NCBI GenBank assembly: GCA_964467035.1 | Contig: CAYXNX010000006.1 | Span: 1 to 48,784 of the forward strand | Reading direction: 5' to 3' | DNA length: 48,784 bases | Source of the DNA: Candidatus Woesearchaeota archaeon | GTDB taxonomy: Archaea > Nanobdellota > Nanobdellia > Pacearchaeales > GW2011-AR1 | Shown: piece by piece, positions 36,760-45,974 of the stretch | Layout: each line of letters starts with the position of its first letter | How positions within the stretch are numbered: position 1 is the first letter of the stretch | Made by a program: the position numbers and the translations under genes | Notes under the pieces: model-generated | Told to the model about the DNA's origin: nothing | Databases searched by the model: none | What the model saw: the letters and a program-made list of their open reading frames with translations, nothing else

Positions 36760-37301
36760 TATAGTTTCCTCCCTGCTTTTTGAGTAATATAAATTCCATC
36801 TTCAAATTTTCTTTTATCTTTTCCAACAACTTTTGTGCATTTTTCCAAATTTGCAGCCATCTGCCCTACAATTTCTTTGTTGTGGGATTTGATAGTTATA
36901 TCACTTCCTCCAATTTCTACCTCACTTCCTTCCAAAATTTGACATTTCCTTGGTTTTTTCTCTCCCAGAAAACCCTTTATAATAATTTCTTTTTCTTTTT
37001 TTTCAACAGTGATAGGGAAATGGACATATTCTACAACCAATTTATATTCAAATCCTTTTGTTAATCCTTCTAAAATATTTTTCAAATGAGCTTTAATTGT
37101 TCCAATCATTTTTGATTCTCTTCTTGTTGCCTTTTTGCTTTCAACAACTATTTCCTTGTTTTCAACTTTCAAAGAGATATTTGTTAGATTAAATTTTTTT
37201 TCAATTTTCTTTTCTCCAGCTTTAGCTATAACTGTTTCATGATTTACCTCTACTTCAACTCCTTCTGGAATTTCTATTTTTTCAATTATGTCTTTTTTCA
37301 T
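36759..37301 (-). CDS. rpl6: 50S ribosomal protein uL6
   Basis: IPEGV, HFPI, FLGEK and KDKRKFEDGIYI motifs. Confidence 0.96.
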   Translation of the reverse strand: MKKDIIEKIEIPEGVEVEVNHETVIAKAGEKKIEKKFNLTNISLKVENKEIVVESKKATRRESKMIGTIKAHLKNILEGLTKGFEYKLVVEYVHFPITVEKKEKEIIIKGFLGEKKPRKCQILEGSEVEIGGSDITIKSHNKEIVGQMAANLEKCTKVVGKDKRKFEDGIYITQKAGRKL

Positions 37302-37678
37302 CAGTAAAAATACGCAATAAGCGCTCCTCCTAATTTTTGTTCATATGCTTCTTGGTGAGTCATTAATCCTTGATTAGTTGAAATTACTAAAACACCTATA
37401 TTCCTTCCTGGAAGATATCTCTTCATATATTTTTCAATTGTTTTAACAGAAATATGGTATCTTGGTTTAACAGTTTTACATAAATTAAGATTGTCATCAA
37501 ATTGAATTTTCAACTTTTTTTCTTTAATTTTATAATCTTTGATATATCCTTCCTTTTTTCCAATTTCTAAGATATTTGTTAAAACTTTTGAAAATATATT
37601 CACATCTACTTCTTTCTTTCCTGCTCTTTTTGCATTCATTACCTTATTCAACGCATCTGAAACAATATCTTGACTCAT
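37301..37678 (-). CDS. rps8: 30S ribosomal protein uS8
   Basis: STNQGLMTH and GGALIAYFY motifs. Confidence 0.96.
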   Translation of the reverse strand: MSQDIVSDALNKVMNAKRAGKKEVDVNIFSKVLTNILEIGKKEGYIKDYKIKEKKLKIQFDDNLNLCKTVKPRYHISVKTIEKYMKRYLPGRNIGVLVISTNQGLMTHQEAYEQKLGGALIAYFY

Positions 37679-37686
37679 TTTAACTC

Positions 37687-37917
37687 CTAGGAATGTTTTT
37701 TAAACCCAATCTCCTCAGCAATATCTCTAAAACACTGCCTACAAAAATTTAATCCATATTGACCAACATTAGCACTAATTCTTCCACAATTTTCACACCT
37801 ATATCTTGCAATTCCAGTAGTGCGTTTTTTTGGTTTATTGTGTTTCAAAAATTTCTTAGCTATGGCTGGCTTTGCTTTCAATTGCTTATATAATTTTCTC
37901 CAATCACTTTGTGTCAT
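37687..37917 (-). CDS. rps14: 30S ribosomal protein uS14
   Basis: CENCG...CRQCFR..A.EIGFKK motif. Confidence 0.95.
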   Translation of the reverse strand: MTQSDWRKLYKQLKAKPAIAKKFLKHNKPKKRTTGIARYRCENCGRISANVGQYGLNFCRQCFRDIAEEIGFKKHS

Positions 37918-37918
37918 T

Positions 37919-38440
37919 TTAAATTATTTCACTCCCATAATTTTGTTCCATAAATTCAATTATTTCTTCTTTTGTAACTTTTTGTTTTTTTGAAATTTTT
38001 CCTCTTTTAATTTTTTTTCTTCCAACTCTTTTCCCTCTTCTTGCAAAAACAACAGTTACTTTAAGTCCCATCATTCCAATTTCTCTATCATATTTTTCTT
38101 CAGAAATTTCAATATACTCTTTAATTCCAAATGAAAAATGATTGTCTGTTATTTTTTTTCCTGGCAGTTCATTTTCAATTGCTGAAAGCAATCTTCCCAA
38201 AAGTTTTCCAGCTTCTCCTCCCCTAATAGTTGTTATACACCCAATTTCCATTTTTGGTTTAATATTAAAAGCTGGAATTCTTTTTTTTGTTTGTCTTTTC
38301 GAAACTTTTTTACCAGAAATTTTTCCCAATAATTTGGCTTGTTTTTCTAATTCTTCTTTAACTCCTCCACACGAAAGCACAATCTTCTCTATGAAAATCT
38401 CCCTCATTGGATTCATTTTTTGTTCTTTTTCTTCTACCAT
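37919..38440 (-). CDS. rpl5: 50S ribosomal protein uL5
   Basis: NPMRE, FSFGIKEYI and YDREIG motifs. Confidence 0.96.
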   Translation of the reverse strand: MVEEKEQKMNPMREIFIEKIVLSCGGVKEELEKQAKLLGKISGKKVSKRQTKKRIPAFNIKPKMEIGCITTIRGGEAGKLLGRLLSAIENELPGKKITDNHFSFGIKEYIEISEEKYDREIGMMGLKVTVVFARRGKRVGRKKIKRGKISKKQKVTKEEIIEFMEQNYGSEII

Positions 38441-38441
38441 T

Positions 38442-39083
38442 TTAATTCAATACAATAATTTCATTATCATTCAATTTAATTTCTTTTTCATCAAGTTTTA
38501 TCATAATTTCCTTTTCATCAACTTTTGAAACTTCTCCAATCGTTCCAATATGTTTTCCTTTAATAATAAGTACTTTTGATTTTTCTTTTATAGGAAGAAC
38601 CTTTTTTATCTTATTCTTTTGCAAATCAATCTCAACAGAATCATTAACCGATATCTTATCTTCTGTTAATAAATTACTCCCATCAAGAAAGTTTATTTGT
38701 GTTTTATTGCCTTTCAATATTTTTTTCCCAATAACTTTTGAAATTTTACTATCTTTTTCACTATCTTTTATTTCATCAAACAAAAATTTTCTGTTATCTC
38801 CAATACTTAATCTATAATTTTTACTTAAAACAGGAATTGAAATAACATCAAATAATTTTAATGAGTATTTTTCTTCTTTTACTGGCTTTCCATTTATCAA
38901 AACTTTTCCTTCATCAAGAACTTTTTTTAGCTCTTTTCTTGTTTTTACCAATTCCAACATTTCTCTCATTGCAACTAACAAGGGAAGTCCTTTTCTCTTG
39001 GAATTGTTAGGCACAACTAAATATTTGCTCCCTTTTCTTGGGATTGGCCATGTTTTTTCAATACATAATCTTTTAAGATGCAT
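38442..39083 (-). CDS. rps4e: 30S ribosomal protein eS4
   Basis: HLKR...WPIPRK and GKHIG motifs. Confidence 0.95.
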   Translation of the reverse strand: MHLKRLCIEKTWPIPRKGSKYLVVPNNSKRKGLPLLVAMREMLELVKTRKELKKVLDEGKVLINGKPVKEEKYSLKLFDVISIPVLSKNYRLSIGDNRKFLFDEIKDSEKDSKISKVIGKKILKGNKTQINFLDGSNLLTEDKISVNDSVEIDLQKNKIKKVLPIKEKSKVLIIKGKHIGTIGEVSKVDEKEIMIKLDEKEIKLNDNEIIVLN

Positions 39084-39540
39084 TTTTTTCTTGTTTTGGT
39101 TTAGATTCTTTTTCTCCCACTTTTTCTCCCGAACTTTTTGTCTCTAATTTTTTTGGTGATTCTTTTCTTTCAAGGACTTTAACTCTTTTCTTATCTTCCA
39201 AATTTAATTTTTGGATTTGCAAGTTTGAAGGATTGAAATAAACATTGATTTTTGTTCCATCGTTTTTCTTTCTTTGTATTCCCTCAATGCTGACTTTCAT
39301 TTTTCTCACATCAACATCTGAAATTTTGCCTGTTTTTTTTGCAAAATTTCCTCTCATAATTTTAACTTCATCTCCTTTTTTAACTGGAAAACTTCTTTTA
39401 CCATATTTTTGTTTTAATTCTTTACTCAAATTCCCTGCCATCATTTTTCTCTTTAAATGTTTTGGAGCATTGGCTACATACTTTCTTTTCTTTCTCACTT
39501 GTTTGCTTGATTTCCAAGCTGTGCTAAATTCTTTTTTCAT
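39073..39540 (-). CDS. rpl24: 50S ribosomal protein uL24
   Basis: NAPKH, KGDEVKIMRG and PSNL motifs. Confidence 0.95.
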   Translation of the reverse strand: MKKEFSTAWKSSKQVRKKRKYVANAPKHLKRKMMAGNLSKELKQKYGKRSFPVKKGDEVKIMRGNFAKKTGKISDVDVRKMKVSIEGIQRKKNDGTKINVYFNPSNLQIQKLNLEDKKRVKVLERKESPKKLETKSSGEKVGEKESKPKQEKNAS

Positions 39541-39541
39541 T

Positions 39542-39943
39542 TTAAACAACTATCCTCGCAATTTTACCTACAGATTTCCATCTTTCTTGAGCCTCTCTTG
39601 CTATTGGGCCTTTGATTTGAGTTCCTTTTGGATTTCCTTTTTCATCTTTCAAAAGAGCAACAGCATTATCTGAAAACATTATCCTTTCTCCAGTCAGTCT
39701 TCTATATGCTCTTTTTTGTCTTACAACAACTGCATTAAAAACCTCGCCCTTCACTCCTGGTTTTCCTTTTCTAACAGAAACTTTAACCCAATCAGCTATT
39801 TTTGCATATCCTTGACGTTTTTTAGATGTTTTCCCTTTCTTAATTGAAACTATTTTTACAGCATAAGCTCCAGAATTATCTGCAGCTACCACTATGCTTC
39901 CAATATTTAATCCTCTTGTCGCCTTTGCACTAATTGCCTTCAT
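39542..39943 (-). CDS. rpl14: 50S ribosomal protein uL14
   Basis: ADNSGA, DNAV and PKGTQIKGPIARE motifs. Confidence 0.96.
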   Translation of the reverse strand: MKAISAKATRGLNIGSIVVAADNSGAYAVKIVSIKKGKTSKKRQGYAKIADWVKVSVRKGKPGVKGEVFNAVVVRQKRAYRRLTGERIMFSDNAVALLKDEKGNPKGTQIKGPIAREAQERWKSVGKIARIVV

Positions 39944-40254
39944 TTTTCTTTTCTCCCTTCAGCTGAACGAATTTTTTTAACAACAATTCCATGAGTTATT
40001 TTGCTTATAGGTCTACACTCTTGAATTTGAATATAATCTCCAATATTTATTTCATCTTTCATATTCTCTGGCAAATAAGCGTGCATTTTTGTTTTTGATT
40101 TTTCATATCTTGAATATTTTTTGTTAAACCTTGTTTTTTCAAATATAATTGTAACTCGTTTTTCAAATTTCCGTATAACTGTTCCTTGAAATTTCCTTCC
40201 CCTGCCAGAGATTCCTCTAGTTCCTTCTCTTGCTTTTGTTTCTTTTTGTTCCAT
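39940..40254 (-). CDS. rps17: 30S ribosomal protein uS17
   Basis: KYSRYEK and ECRPISK motifs. Confidence 0.95.
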   Translation of the reverse strand: MEQKETKAREGTRGISGRGRKFQGTVIRKFEKRVTIIFEKTRFNKKYSRYEKSKTKMHAYLPENMKDEINIGDYIQIQECRPISKITHGIVVKKIRSAEGRKEK

Positions 40255-40269
40255 TTTTATTTTCTCCTA

Positions 40270-40572
40270 TTACTTTATATCTATCGAGTTTTCGTCAAAC
40301 CCACTATCTATCAAGACCTTCTTGATTTTTTTCTTGTGATTTCCTTGAAGTTCGATTTCTCCGCCCTTCACTGTACCACCACAACCCAATTCTTCTTTTA
40401 ATTGTTTTGCGGTTTTTTTTAAGTCTATGCTTTTGTCAAAACCAGACACAATTGTGGCAGTTTTACCGAACTTTCTTTTCACAGTGGTTACTTGGATTCT
40501 CTGATCACTTTTAGCAAGGTCTTCCCATGCTGTGGCCTCAATAGGCAAACCTGTTCTTGGATCTATCTCCAT
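40270..40572 (-). CDS. Translation initiation factor aIF1 (SUI1/YciH)
   Basis: RKFGK..T and GCGGTVK...IELQGNH motifs. Confidence 0.94.
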   Translation of the reverse strand: MEIDPRTGLPIEATAWEDLAKSDQRIQVTTVKRKFGKTATIVSGFDKSIDLKKTAKQLKEELGCGGTVKGGEIELQGNHKKKIKKVLIDSGFDENSIDIK

Positions 40573-40574
40573 GA

Positions 40575-40754
40575 TTATTGTTTTTCCATTTTGAGCATAT
40601 TTAATTGAGCCAATGTTTTCTTAATTTCTCTAATCTTTACTTTACTTCCTTTATTTGCTGCAACTCTTGCTTTTATCAATTCCATATTCATTTCCTTAAT
40701 CTTATTTTCTATTTCTTTCTTAGATAAATTTGATAATTCTTTAAACTTTTTCAT
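40575..40754 (-). CDS. rpl29: 50S ribosomal protein uL29
   Basis: Size, KIREIKKTLA motif and operon position. Confidence 0.88.
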   Translation of the reverse strand: MKKFKELSNLSKKEIENKIKEMNMELIKARVAANKGSKVKIREIKKTLAQLNMLKMEKQ

Positions 40755-41358
40755 CTTCAAATTCTTTCTTATTTAATTCAATTTGGTCATGGATTTTAAC
40801 ATCAGGATTTAATATGCTTACCTCAATTCCTACAGTTCCTGATTTTGCCTGAGCAATTGCTTGCGCTTTATCAACAACTTTTGAACTGTCTCCGACTTTT
40901 TTCAAATATCCTTTTTTAAATCTCCAAGTTTTAGCTCTTGCACTGGGCAATTTTCCAGATAATTTGATTTCAACTCCTTTTGCTCCAGCTCCGACAATTC
41001 CTTGTAATGTTCTATAAGCAATTACTTTAAATTTAAGAGAACCAAAATTCTCAATTTTTACTGCAATTTCATCTGCGACTGTTTGAGCATCTAAAAATTT
41101 ATTTTTAATTTCTTGAATTTCAATTTGAGGATTTTCAAAATTGAATTTTTTCTTTAATATTTGTGTTAAACTTTCAATTTTCTCACCCCCTCTACCAATA
41201 ACAAGTCCTGGTTTGTTTGTTTTCATTATAACTTTTTCACCCACCGGAGTATACTCAATTGTTACTTTGCTTACTTTTCCTTTTCCAAGATATTTTTTAA
41301 TAAACTCTCGAATATTGAATTCTTCTTTCTTTAATTTTACAAATTTTCTTTCTTCCAT
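40741..41358 (-). CDS. rps3: 30S ribosomal protein uS3
   Basis: KPGLVIGRGG and GKLPSARA motifs. Confidence 0.96.
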   Translation of the reverse strand: MEERKFVKLKKEEFNIREFIKKYLGKGKVSKVTIEYTPVGEKVIMKTNKPGLVIGRGGEKIESLTQILKKKFNFENPQIEIQEIKNKFLDAQTVADEIAVKIENFGSLKFKVIAYRTLQGIVGAGAKGVEIKLSGKLPSARAKTWRFKKGYLKKVGDSSKVVDKAQAIAQAKSGTVGIEVSILNPDVKIHDQIELNKKEFEDEKV

Positions 41359-41360
41359 TA

Positions 41361-42017
41361 TTATCTTTCCTTAGGGTTTGTTTTATTTCTTTCGCTTTTC
41401 CTTAAATCACTTGATTTAATTAAAACATGTGTTCTTTTGGATTTTGTCCTTCCTCCTTTATGCATTTGGTCAGGAGCTTTATTGCAAATAACTTCAATAA
41501 TTTTTGTTTTTTCCAACTCCAATCCATTCATTGTCGCATTTCCATTAAGACTTTTTAGCAATTTGATAAAATTTTGTGAAGCTTTTATAGGATACTTTCC
41601 AGACATAATTCCTTTTCCTCTTTTGTGAGGCAATTCTCCCCTCATTGGAACCACTTTTTTCTTTTTCAAAACAAGTTCCAAATCATTGATTGCATTTTCA
41701 ATTGGTTTATGCCTGATAAATTTTCCAATTTCTTTGCTATATTTTAATGAGATTGGTAAATTCCTACCATAAACTTTTGCTTCATGTTTGTTTATTATCG
41801 TTTTTTTCTTTGCAGGTTTTTTTGCTTCTTTTTCTCCAACTTTTTTCTCCTCCTCCCCAACTTTTTCTTCAGCTTTTTTTACATCTTCTTTTACTTGCTT
41901 TTGTTTTTCAATATTTTCTTCTACTTTCTTTATTGGCTCAGCTGATTTTGTTTGCTTTTGCTTTTGAACAGTTTTTTGTTTTCCTGTTTTTGTTTGTCTT
42001 AATTGTTCATCAGCCAT
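41361..42017 (-). CDS. rpl22: 50S ribosomal protein uL22 with Lys/Glu-rich N-terminal extension
   Basis: ISLK, GKYPIKA and KRTHV motifs. Confidence 0.93.
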   Translation of the reverse strand: MADEQLRQTKTGKQKTVQKQKQTKSAEPIKKVEENIEKQKQVKEDVKKAEEKVGEEEKKVGEKEAKKPAKKKTIINKHEAKVYGRNLPISLKYSKEIGKFIRHKPIENAINDLELVLKKKKVVPMRGELPHKRGKGIMSGKYPIKASQNFIKLLKSLNGNATMNGLELEKTKIIEVICNKAPDQMHKGGRTKSKRTHVLIKSSDLRKSERNKTNPKER

Positions 42018-42425
42018 TTACTTTACACTCCTACTTGCACTAGATCTTGTAGCACCAATACCTGCAGTCCCGTGTTTAATATCTTTCCTTGTTGGTGAAA
42101 ACTCGCCTACCCTATGTCCAAGCATTTCAGGAATTAGGTAAATTTCTTCAAAATGTTTCCCATTATAAACCCCAATTTTCCACCCAATCATTTCAGGAAC
42201 AATAATTATATTCCTATTGTGTGTTTTTACTGCTTTGTTGTTCGAAATTTTCTTTTTACTTCTCTTAATAAAATTTTCAACTATATCAGTATTCCTAAGC
42301 AATGTTCTTCTTTCTCTTGATTTAATCAATTTTGCAAATTCCCGAATATCTAATTGCTTAAGTTCTTCTAGCTTTTTTCCTCTAAAAGTGAATTCTTTCT
42401 TTTTTTGAACTGTTTCTTTTGCCAT
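42018..42425 (-). CDS. rps19: 30S ribosomal protein uS19
   Basis: KTHNR, YNGK, MLGHRVGEF and GATRSS motifs. Confidence 0.96.
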   Translation of the reverse strand: MAKETVQKKKEFTFRGKKLEELKQLDIREFAKLIKSRERRTLLRNTDIVENFIKRSKKKISNNKAVKTHNRNIIIVPEMIGWKIGVYNGKHFEEIYLIPEMLGHRVGEFSPTRKDIKHGTAGIGATRSSASRSVK

Positions 42426-43141
42426 TATTTCTTACCTCTACTTCTTCCTGTTCTTTTAGCTTTAATTGAACCCACTTTTGCTCCAGCAGGTGCATTTTTC
42501 TTTGGTATTTTTCCAGTTTGTCCATGAGTCAAATTTTTCCCTCTTCCAGATCCAAAAGGATGGTCAACTGCATTCATTGATACAGCAGATATTCTTGGCC
42601 ATAATTTGCTTTTTGCTTTTTTAATATAGTAGTTCTTCCCAGCTTTTACTATTGGCTTGTTTGTTATTCCTTTTCCTGCAATAACTCCTATTGTCGCTCT
42701 GGATTCAGGATTAAATTTTTTCTGCTTTTTTGAAGGAAACAATAATACTACTTCTTTTTTTTCTTTTTTAATTATTACTGCTGAGCTACCTGCTGTTCTA
42801 ATCATCTTTCCACCATCTCCGGGTCTTGATTCTATATTATAGACATGTGTTCTAGATGGGATATCTTTTAATTTTACAATATCTCCAGTATTTTTTCCTT
42901 TTTCCATTTTAATTTTTTGTCCCTCATAAACCCCTTTTGCAGCAGGAACATAAAAAAGAGTATTTCCTGACTTGATTTTAGCTAAGGGTGCAGAATGGCC
43001 TGCTGTTTTCATAAGTTTGATTATAGTTCCTTCTTCTTCAAAATTAAAAGGGTATCTAATTTTTTGCAAAAAAGCCTTACGTCTAACTCTGTAAGTTAAG
43101 CTTCCCTTCCCTCTATGTTGTGAAATTATTCTTTTTCCCAT
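42425..43141 (-). CDS. rpl2: 50S ribosomal protein uL2
   Basis: MGKRI, PGDGGK and MNAVDHPFG motifs. Confidence 0.97.
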   Translation of the reverse strand: MGKRIISQHRGKGSLTYRVRRKAFLQKIRYPFNFEEEGTIIKLMKTAGHSAPLAKIKSGNTLFYVPAAKGVYEGQKIKMEKGKNTGDIVKLKDIPSRTHVYNIESRPGDGGKMIRTAGSSAVIIKKEKKEVVLLFPSKKQKKFNPESRATIGVIAGKGITNKPIVKAGKNYYIKKAKSKLWPRISAVSMNAVDHPFGSGRGKNLTHGQTGKIPKKNAPAGAKVGSIKAKRTGRSRGKK

Positions 43142-43384
43142 TTACATCATACCCAATTTAGTCGCAATATCTATTGCAGGATTTTTTTCATTTAATTTAA
43201 TATAAGCAACTTTTTTATTCCCTTTAAGTAAAGTATTTATTTTATCAACTTTTGATTTAAACATTTCTTCAAATTCTTTTTTAATCTCTGGTTTTTTGTC
43301 TTTTTTTTCAACTTCAAAAAGAAGAACATTATCTGTTTCAATCATCCTAATTGCTTTTTCAGTTGTTATTGGTTTTTTTATCAT
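43142..43384 (-). CDS. rpl23: 50S ribosomal protein uL23
   Basis: TEKA, KVAYIKL and ATKLG motifs. Confidence 0.95.
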   Translation of the reverse strand: MIKKPITTEKAIRMIETDNVLLFEVEKKDKKPEIKKEFEEMFKSKVDKINTLLKGNKKVAYIKLNEKNPAIDIATKLGMM

Positions 43385-44165
43385 TTTTTCCTCCCAAATC
43401 TTTAATTGCTTGTTCTGTATAAACAGTTAATCTTCCCAAAGGATATAAATCTCTCATCATAATTTCTTTTACTTTTTTCACTTCAAATATATTTGATTTT
43501 AATTCTTCATCATTTCCAACGACAAACAATAATCCTGGAGATTTTCTGTATTTTCTATTTCTTAATTTTCCCTTCCCACTTCTAATTTTCTTTTCAGATT
43601 TTGCAACTTTTGAAAGGTCTCCCAAATTTTCTTCAATTTTTTTAATAAATTCCTGTGTTTTTGTTTTTAATATGCTTGAATCAAATACAATTGGAAGTTT
43701 TATTGCTTCTAAATTTTTCAATCTTTCATATCTTTTTTTTACAAAATCAGAATTAATAGTTGCAGAAATTCCTGTTTCAAAAGCAATTGTTTTTTCTTTT
43801 CTATTTATTTTTTTCTTTATTAATTTTTGATTAGCTTTTGGCCCATGTGCTCTTCTCCCCCCTCTTGTAGAATTTGCTGAAGCACCAACCCAATAAAATT
43901 GGGATCCTCTTCTCCACATAATTTTCCTTGGAACTCTTGAACGACCAGAACCATATCCTGATTTCCAAACATGCCTTAAATGCCTTATAATTCCTGCAGC
44001 AGAATGTTTTTTTCCTGATTCTGGATTTGGCCCATAAGGATGGAGTATTTTTTCAGCTTCAAATGTTTTTTTTGCAATATCTTCTCTTATAGGTTTTTCA
44101 AATATTTCTGGTAATTCAATTTCTTTTCCTTTTTTCCCATCAACTGAAATTAATTGCGTTTTCAT
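43359..44165 (-). CDS. rpl4: 50S ribosomal protein uL4
   Basis: SRVPR, TRGGRRAHGP, GKGKLR and GRLTVYTE motifs. Confidence 0.96.
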   Translation of the reverse strand: MKTQLISVDGKKGKEIELPEIFEKPIREDIAKKTFEAEKILHPYGPNPESGKKHSAAGIIRHLRHVWKSGYGSGRSRVPRKIMWRRGSQFYWVGASANSTRGGRRAHGPKANQKLIKKKINRKEKTIAFETGISATINSDFVKKRYERLKNLEAIKLPIVFDSSILKTKTQEFIKKIEENLGDLSKVAKSEKKIRSGKGKLRNRKYRKSPGLLFVVGNDEELKSNIFEVKKVKEIMMRDLYPLGRLTVYTEQAIKDLGGKNDKKTNNN

Positions 44166-45118
44166 CTTAATTCTATAAACTCATAATTTTTTTTAGATTG
44201 TTTTTTAGTAGGTCTTAATGATGGACTAAGTATTAATTGTCTTTTTGCAGGCCCTTGAATACTTCCAGCCACAACAACATAATCTGTTTTAATATTGCCA
44301 TATTTTTTAAATCCTTGTCCAGGATTGATATTTTGATTAGAAATAGAGTCGATAAAAATGATTTTATTATTGTAGGTTATTCTTGAAAAATAGCCCATTT
44401 GCCCAGCCATAGGAACTCTAAATGTTGTTCTTGCAGGATGCCAAGGTCCAATACTTCCAACCTTTCTTTGTCCTTTTTCTGCTTTATGTTGTCTTAAAGT
44501 AATTCCGAATCTCTTTACAGGTCCTTGAATTCCTTTCCCTTTTGTATTTCCCCGAGTATCAATTAATTCAGATGGCTCAAAAATATCTTTAACAGAAATT
44601 TCTTTATTAAGATTCTCTTTGACAAAATTTAATTTATCTTCAACATTTCCTCCAAGCGCAATTTCAGTTAAATCTGGCTTTTTCTTTATTCCTGTTTTTT
44701 TAACTAATGAATATACAATCAACCTAATATCATCATAATCTTCAATATCTTCTATTTTTTTCATATCCTTTTTTTGTGTTTTTACTCTCTTTTTAATTTC
44801 TTTTTCAACATTTGTGTTCAATATTTCGCTCTGGACAATCCCTTTTTTATAAAATCTAACAGAAAAAATTTTCATTTGCGGACACTCAATAATTGTCACA
44901 GGGATACAAATTCTTTTTCCTTTTGATAAAGAATCTGGAGTATTGTCTTTAACAAAAGCACTTTTCATACTTGCTTTGTAGCCTATTACCCCAAGAATTT
45001 TTTTATCAGAATTTTTTTCTTTTACTTTATTCCAGTTAACACTAGGTAAAACTTTTTCAGCCCTTTTTCTGGGCCAATATTGCAAACTTCCTCTTCTCGG
45101 TCTTGATAGTGATGCCAT
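44162..45118 (-). CDS. rpl3: 50S ribosomal protein uL3
   Basis: PRRGSLQYWPRKRA, KGKGIQGPVKRFG and GPWHP motifs. Confidence 0.97.
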   Translation of the reverse strand: MASLSRPRRGSLQYWPRKRAEKVLPSVNWNKVKEKNSDKKILGVIGYKASMKSAFVKDNTPDSLSKGKRICIPVTIIECPQMKIFSVRFYKKGIVQSEILNTNVEKEIKKRVKTQKKDMKKIEDIEDYDDIRLIVYSLVKKTGIKKKPDLTEIALGGNVEDKLNFVKENLNKEISVKDIFEPSELIDTRGNTKGKGIQGPVKRFGITLRQHKAEKGQRKVGSIGPWHPARTTFRVPMAGQMGYFSRITYNNKIIFIDSISNQNINPGQGFKKYGNIKTDYVVVAGSIQGPAKRQLILSPSLRPTKKQSKKNYEFIELR

Positions 45119-45194
45119 TGTTTAATATGAAGTGAATTTTTACCATATTATCTTTAATTTTCTCCGAAACATGCATTTATAAATCTTCGCCTAG

Positions 45195-45896
45195 TCAGGC
45201 TTGGAACTCAATTTCCTTTTCAGTTTTCTTTCCATCAACCTCGATTTTCCTCAGAATTTTTCCCTTACGGGTTGTTTTCTCCCTCATAACTTTTGGGTCT
45301 GTTTCATATTCTGGAATTGCCAGTTCATTAATTAAATAATCATGTATAAAATATGCCTCTTTAAAATCTTGGGAAACATCAAACAAAAAACCTTTAGCAA
45401 GTTCTTTATCAGTTGTTTTTAATTTGCAAAAATTGGTTTTTGGTTTATTCTCCTCTTTACTAGATGGCTTTCCGGTTTTTGGAGCTTTTGGTTTAATTTT
45501 TAATTCACTATCTTTAGTTTTAAATGAAAGAGCTAAAAACAATTTTGGAAATTTTTCACATAATTTTAGAACTTCTTCTTTGCTCATTTCCTTTTCAATC
45601 AAATATTTTTTAACTCCTTGAAATTGTGTTTTGTCTTTGAAATCAATTTCTTCATCAAGGTTTTGCGTAGAGATAATAGCTCCAGTTACAAGAGTTTTGC
45701 CCTCAATTTTTTTACCTACTTCCCTAACCAAATCATTTGCATATTCTGGACTTGTTGAAATGTTGTATTTATTTCCTGTTTTTTTAATTTTAACAACTGC
45801 TTTGTCTTTGAACTGCCCCTTTGAAAATTTCATAAACTGAATATGGGCAAGCTCGTCAACATTTCCTTCTATCACTTTTTTCAAAAATGTTTCCAT
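45195..45896 (-). CDS. Hypothetical protein
   Basis: 233-aa ORF with typical composition and no recognised domain. Confidence 0.8.
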   Translation of the reverse strand: METFLKKVIEGNVDELAHIQFMKFSKGQFKDKAVVKIKKTGNKYNISTSPEYANDLVREVGKKIEGKTLVTGAIISTQNLDEEIDFKDKTQFQGVKKYLIEKEMSKEEVLKLCEKFPKLFLALSFKTKDSELKIKPKAPKTGKPSSKEENKPKTNFCKLKTTDKELAKGFLFDVSQDFKEAYFIHDYLINELAIPEYETDPKVMREKTTRKGKILRKIEVDGKKTEKEIEFQA

Positions 45897-45974
45897 TATT
45901 AAAAAACTTCTTTTTAGTTTATAAATTTTTGTAACAGTAACAAGTTTTATATATAATAAAACATATTTTTAATC

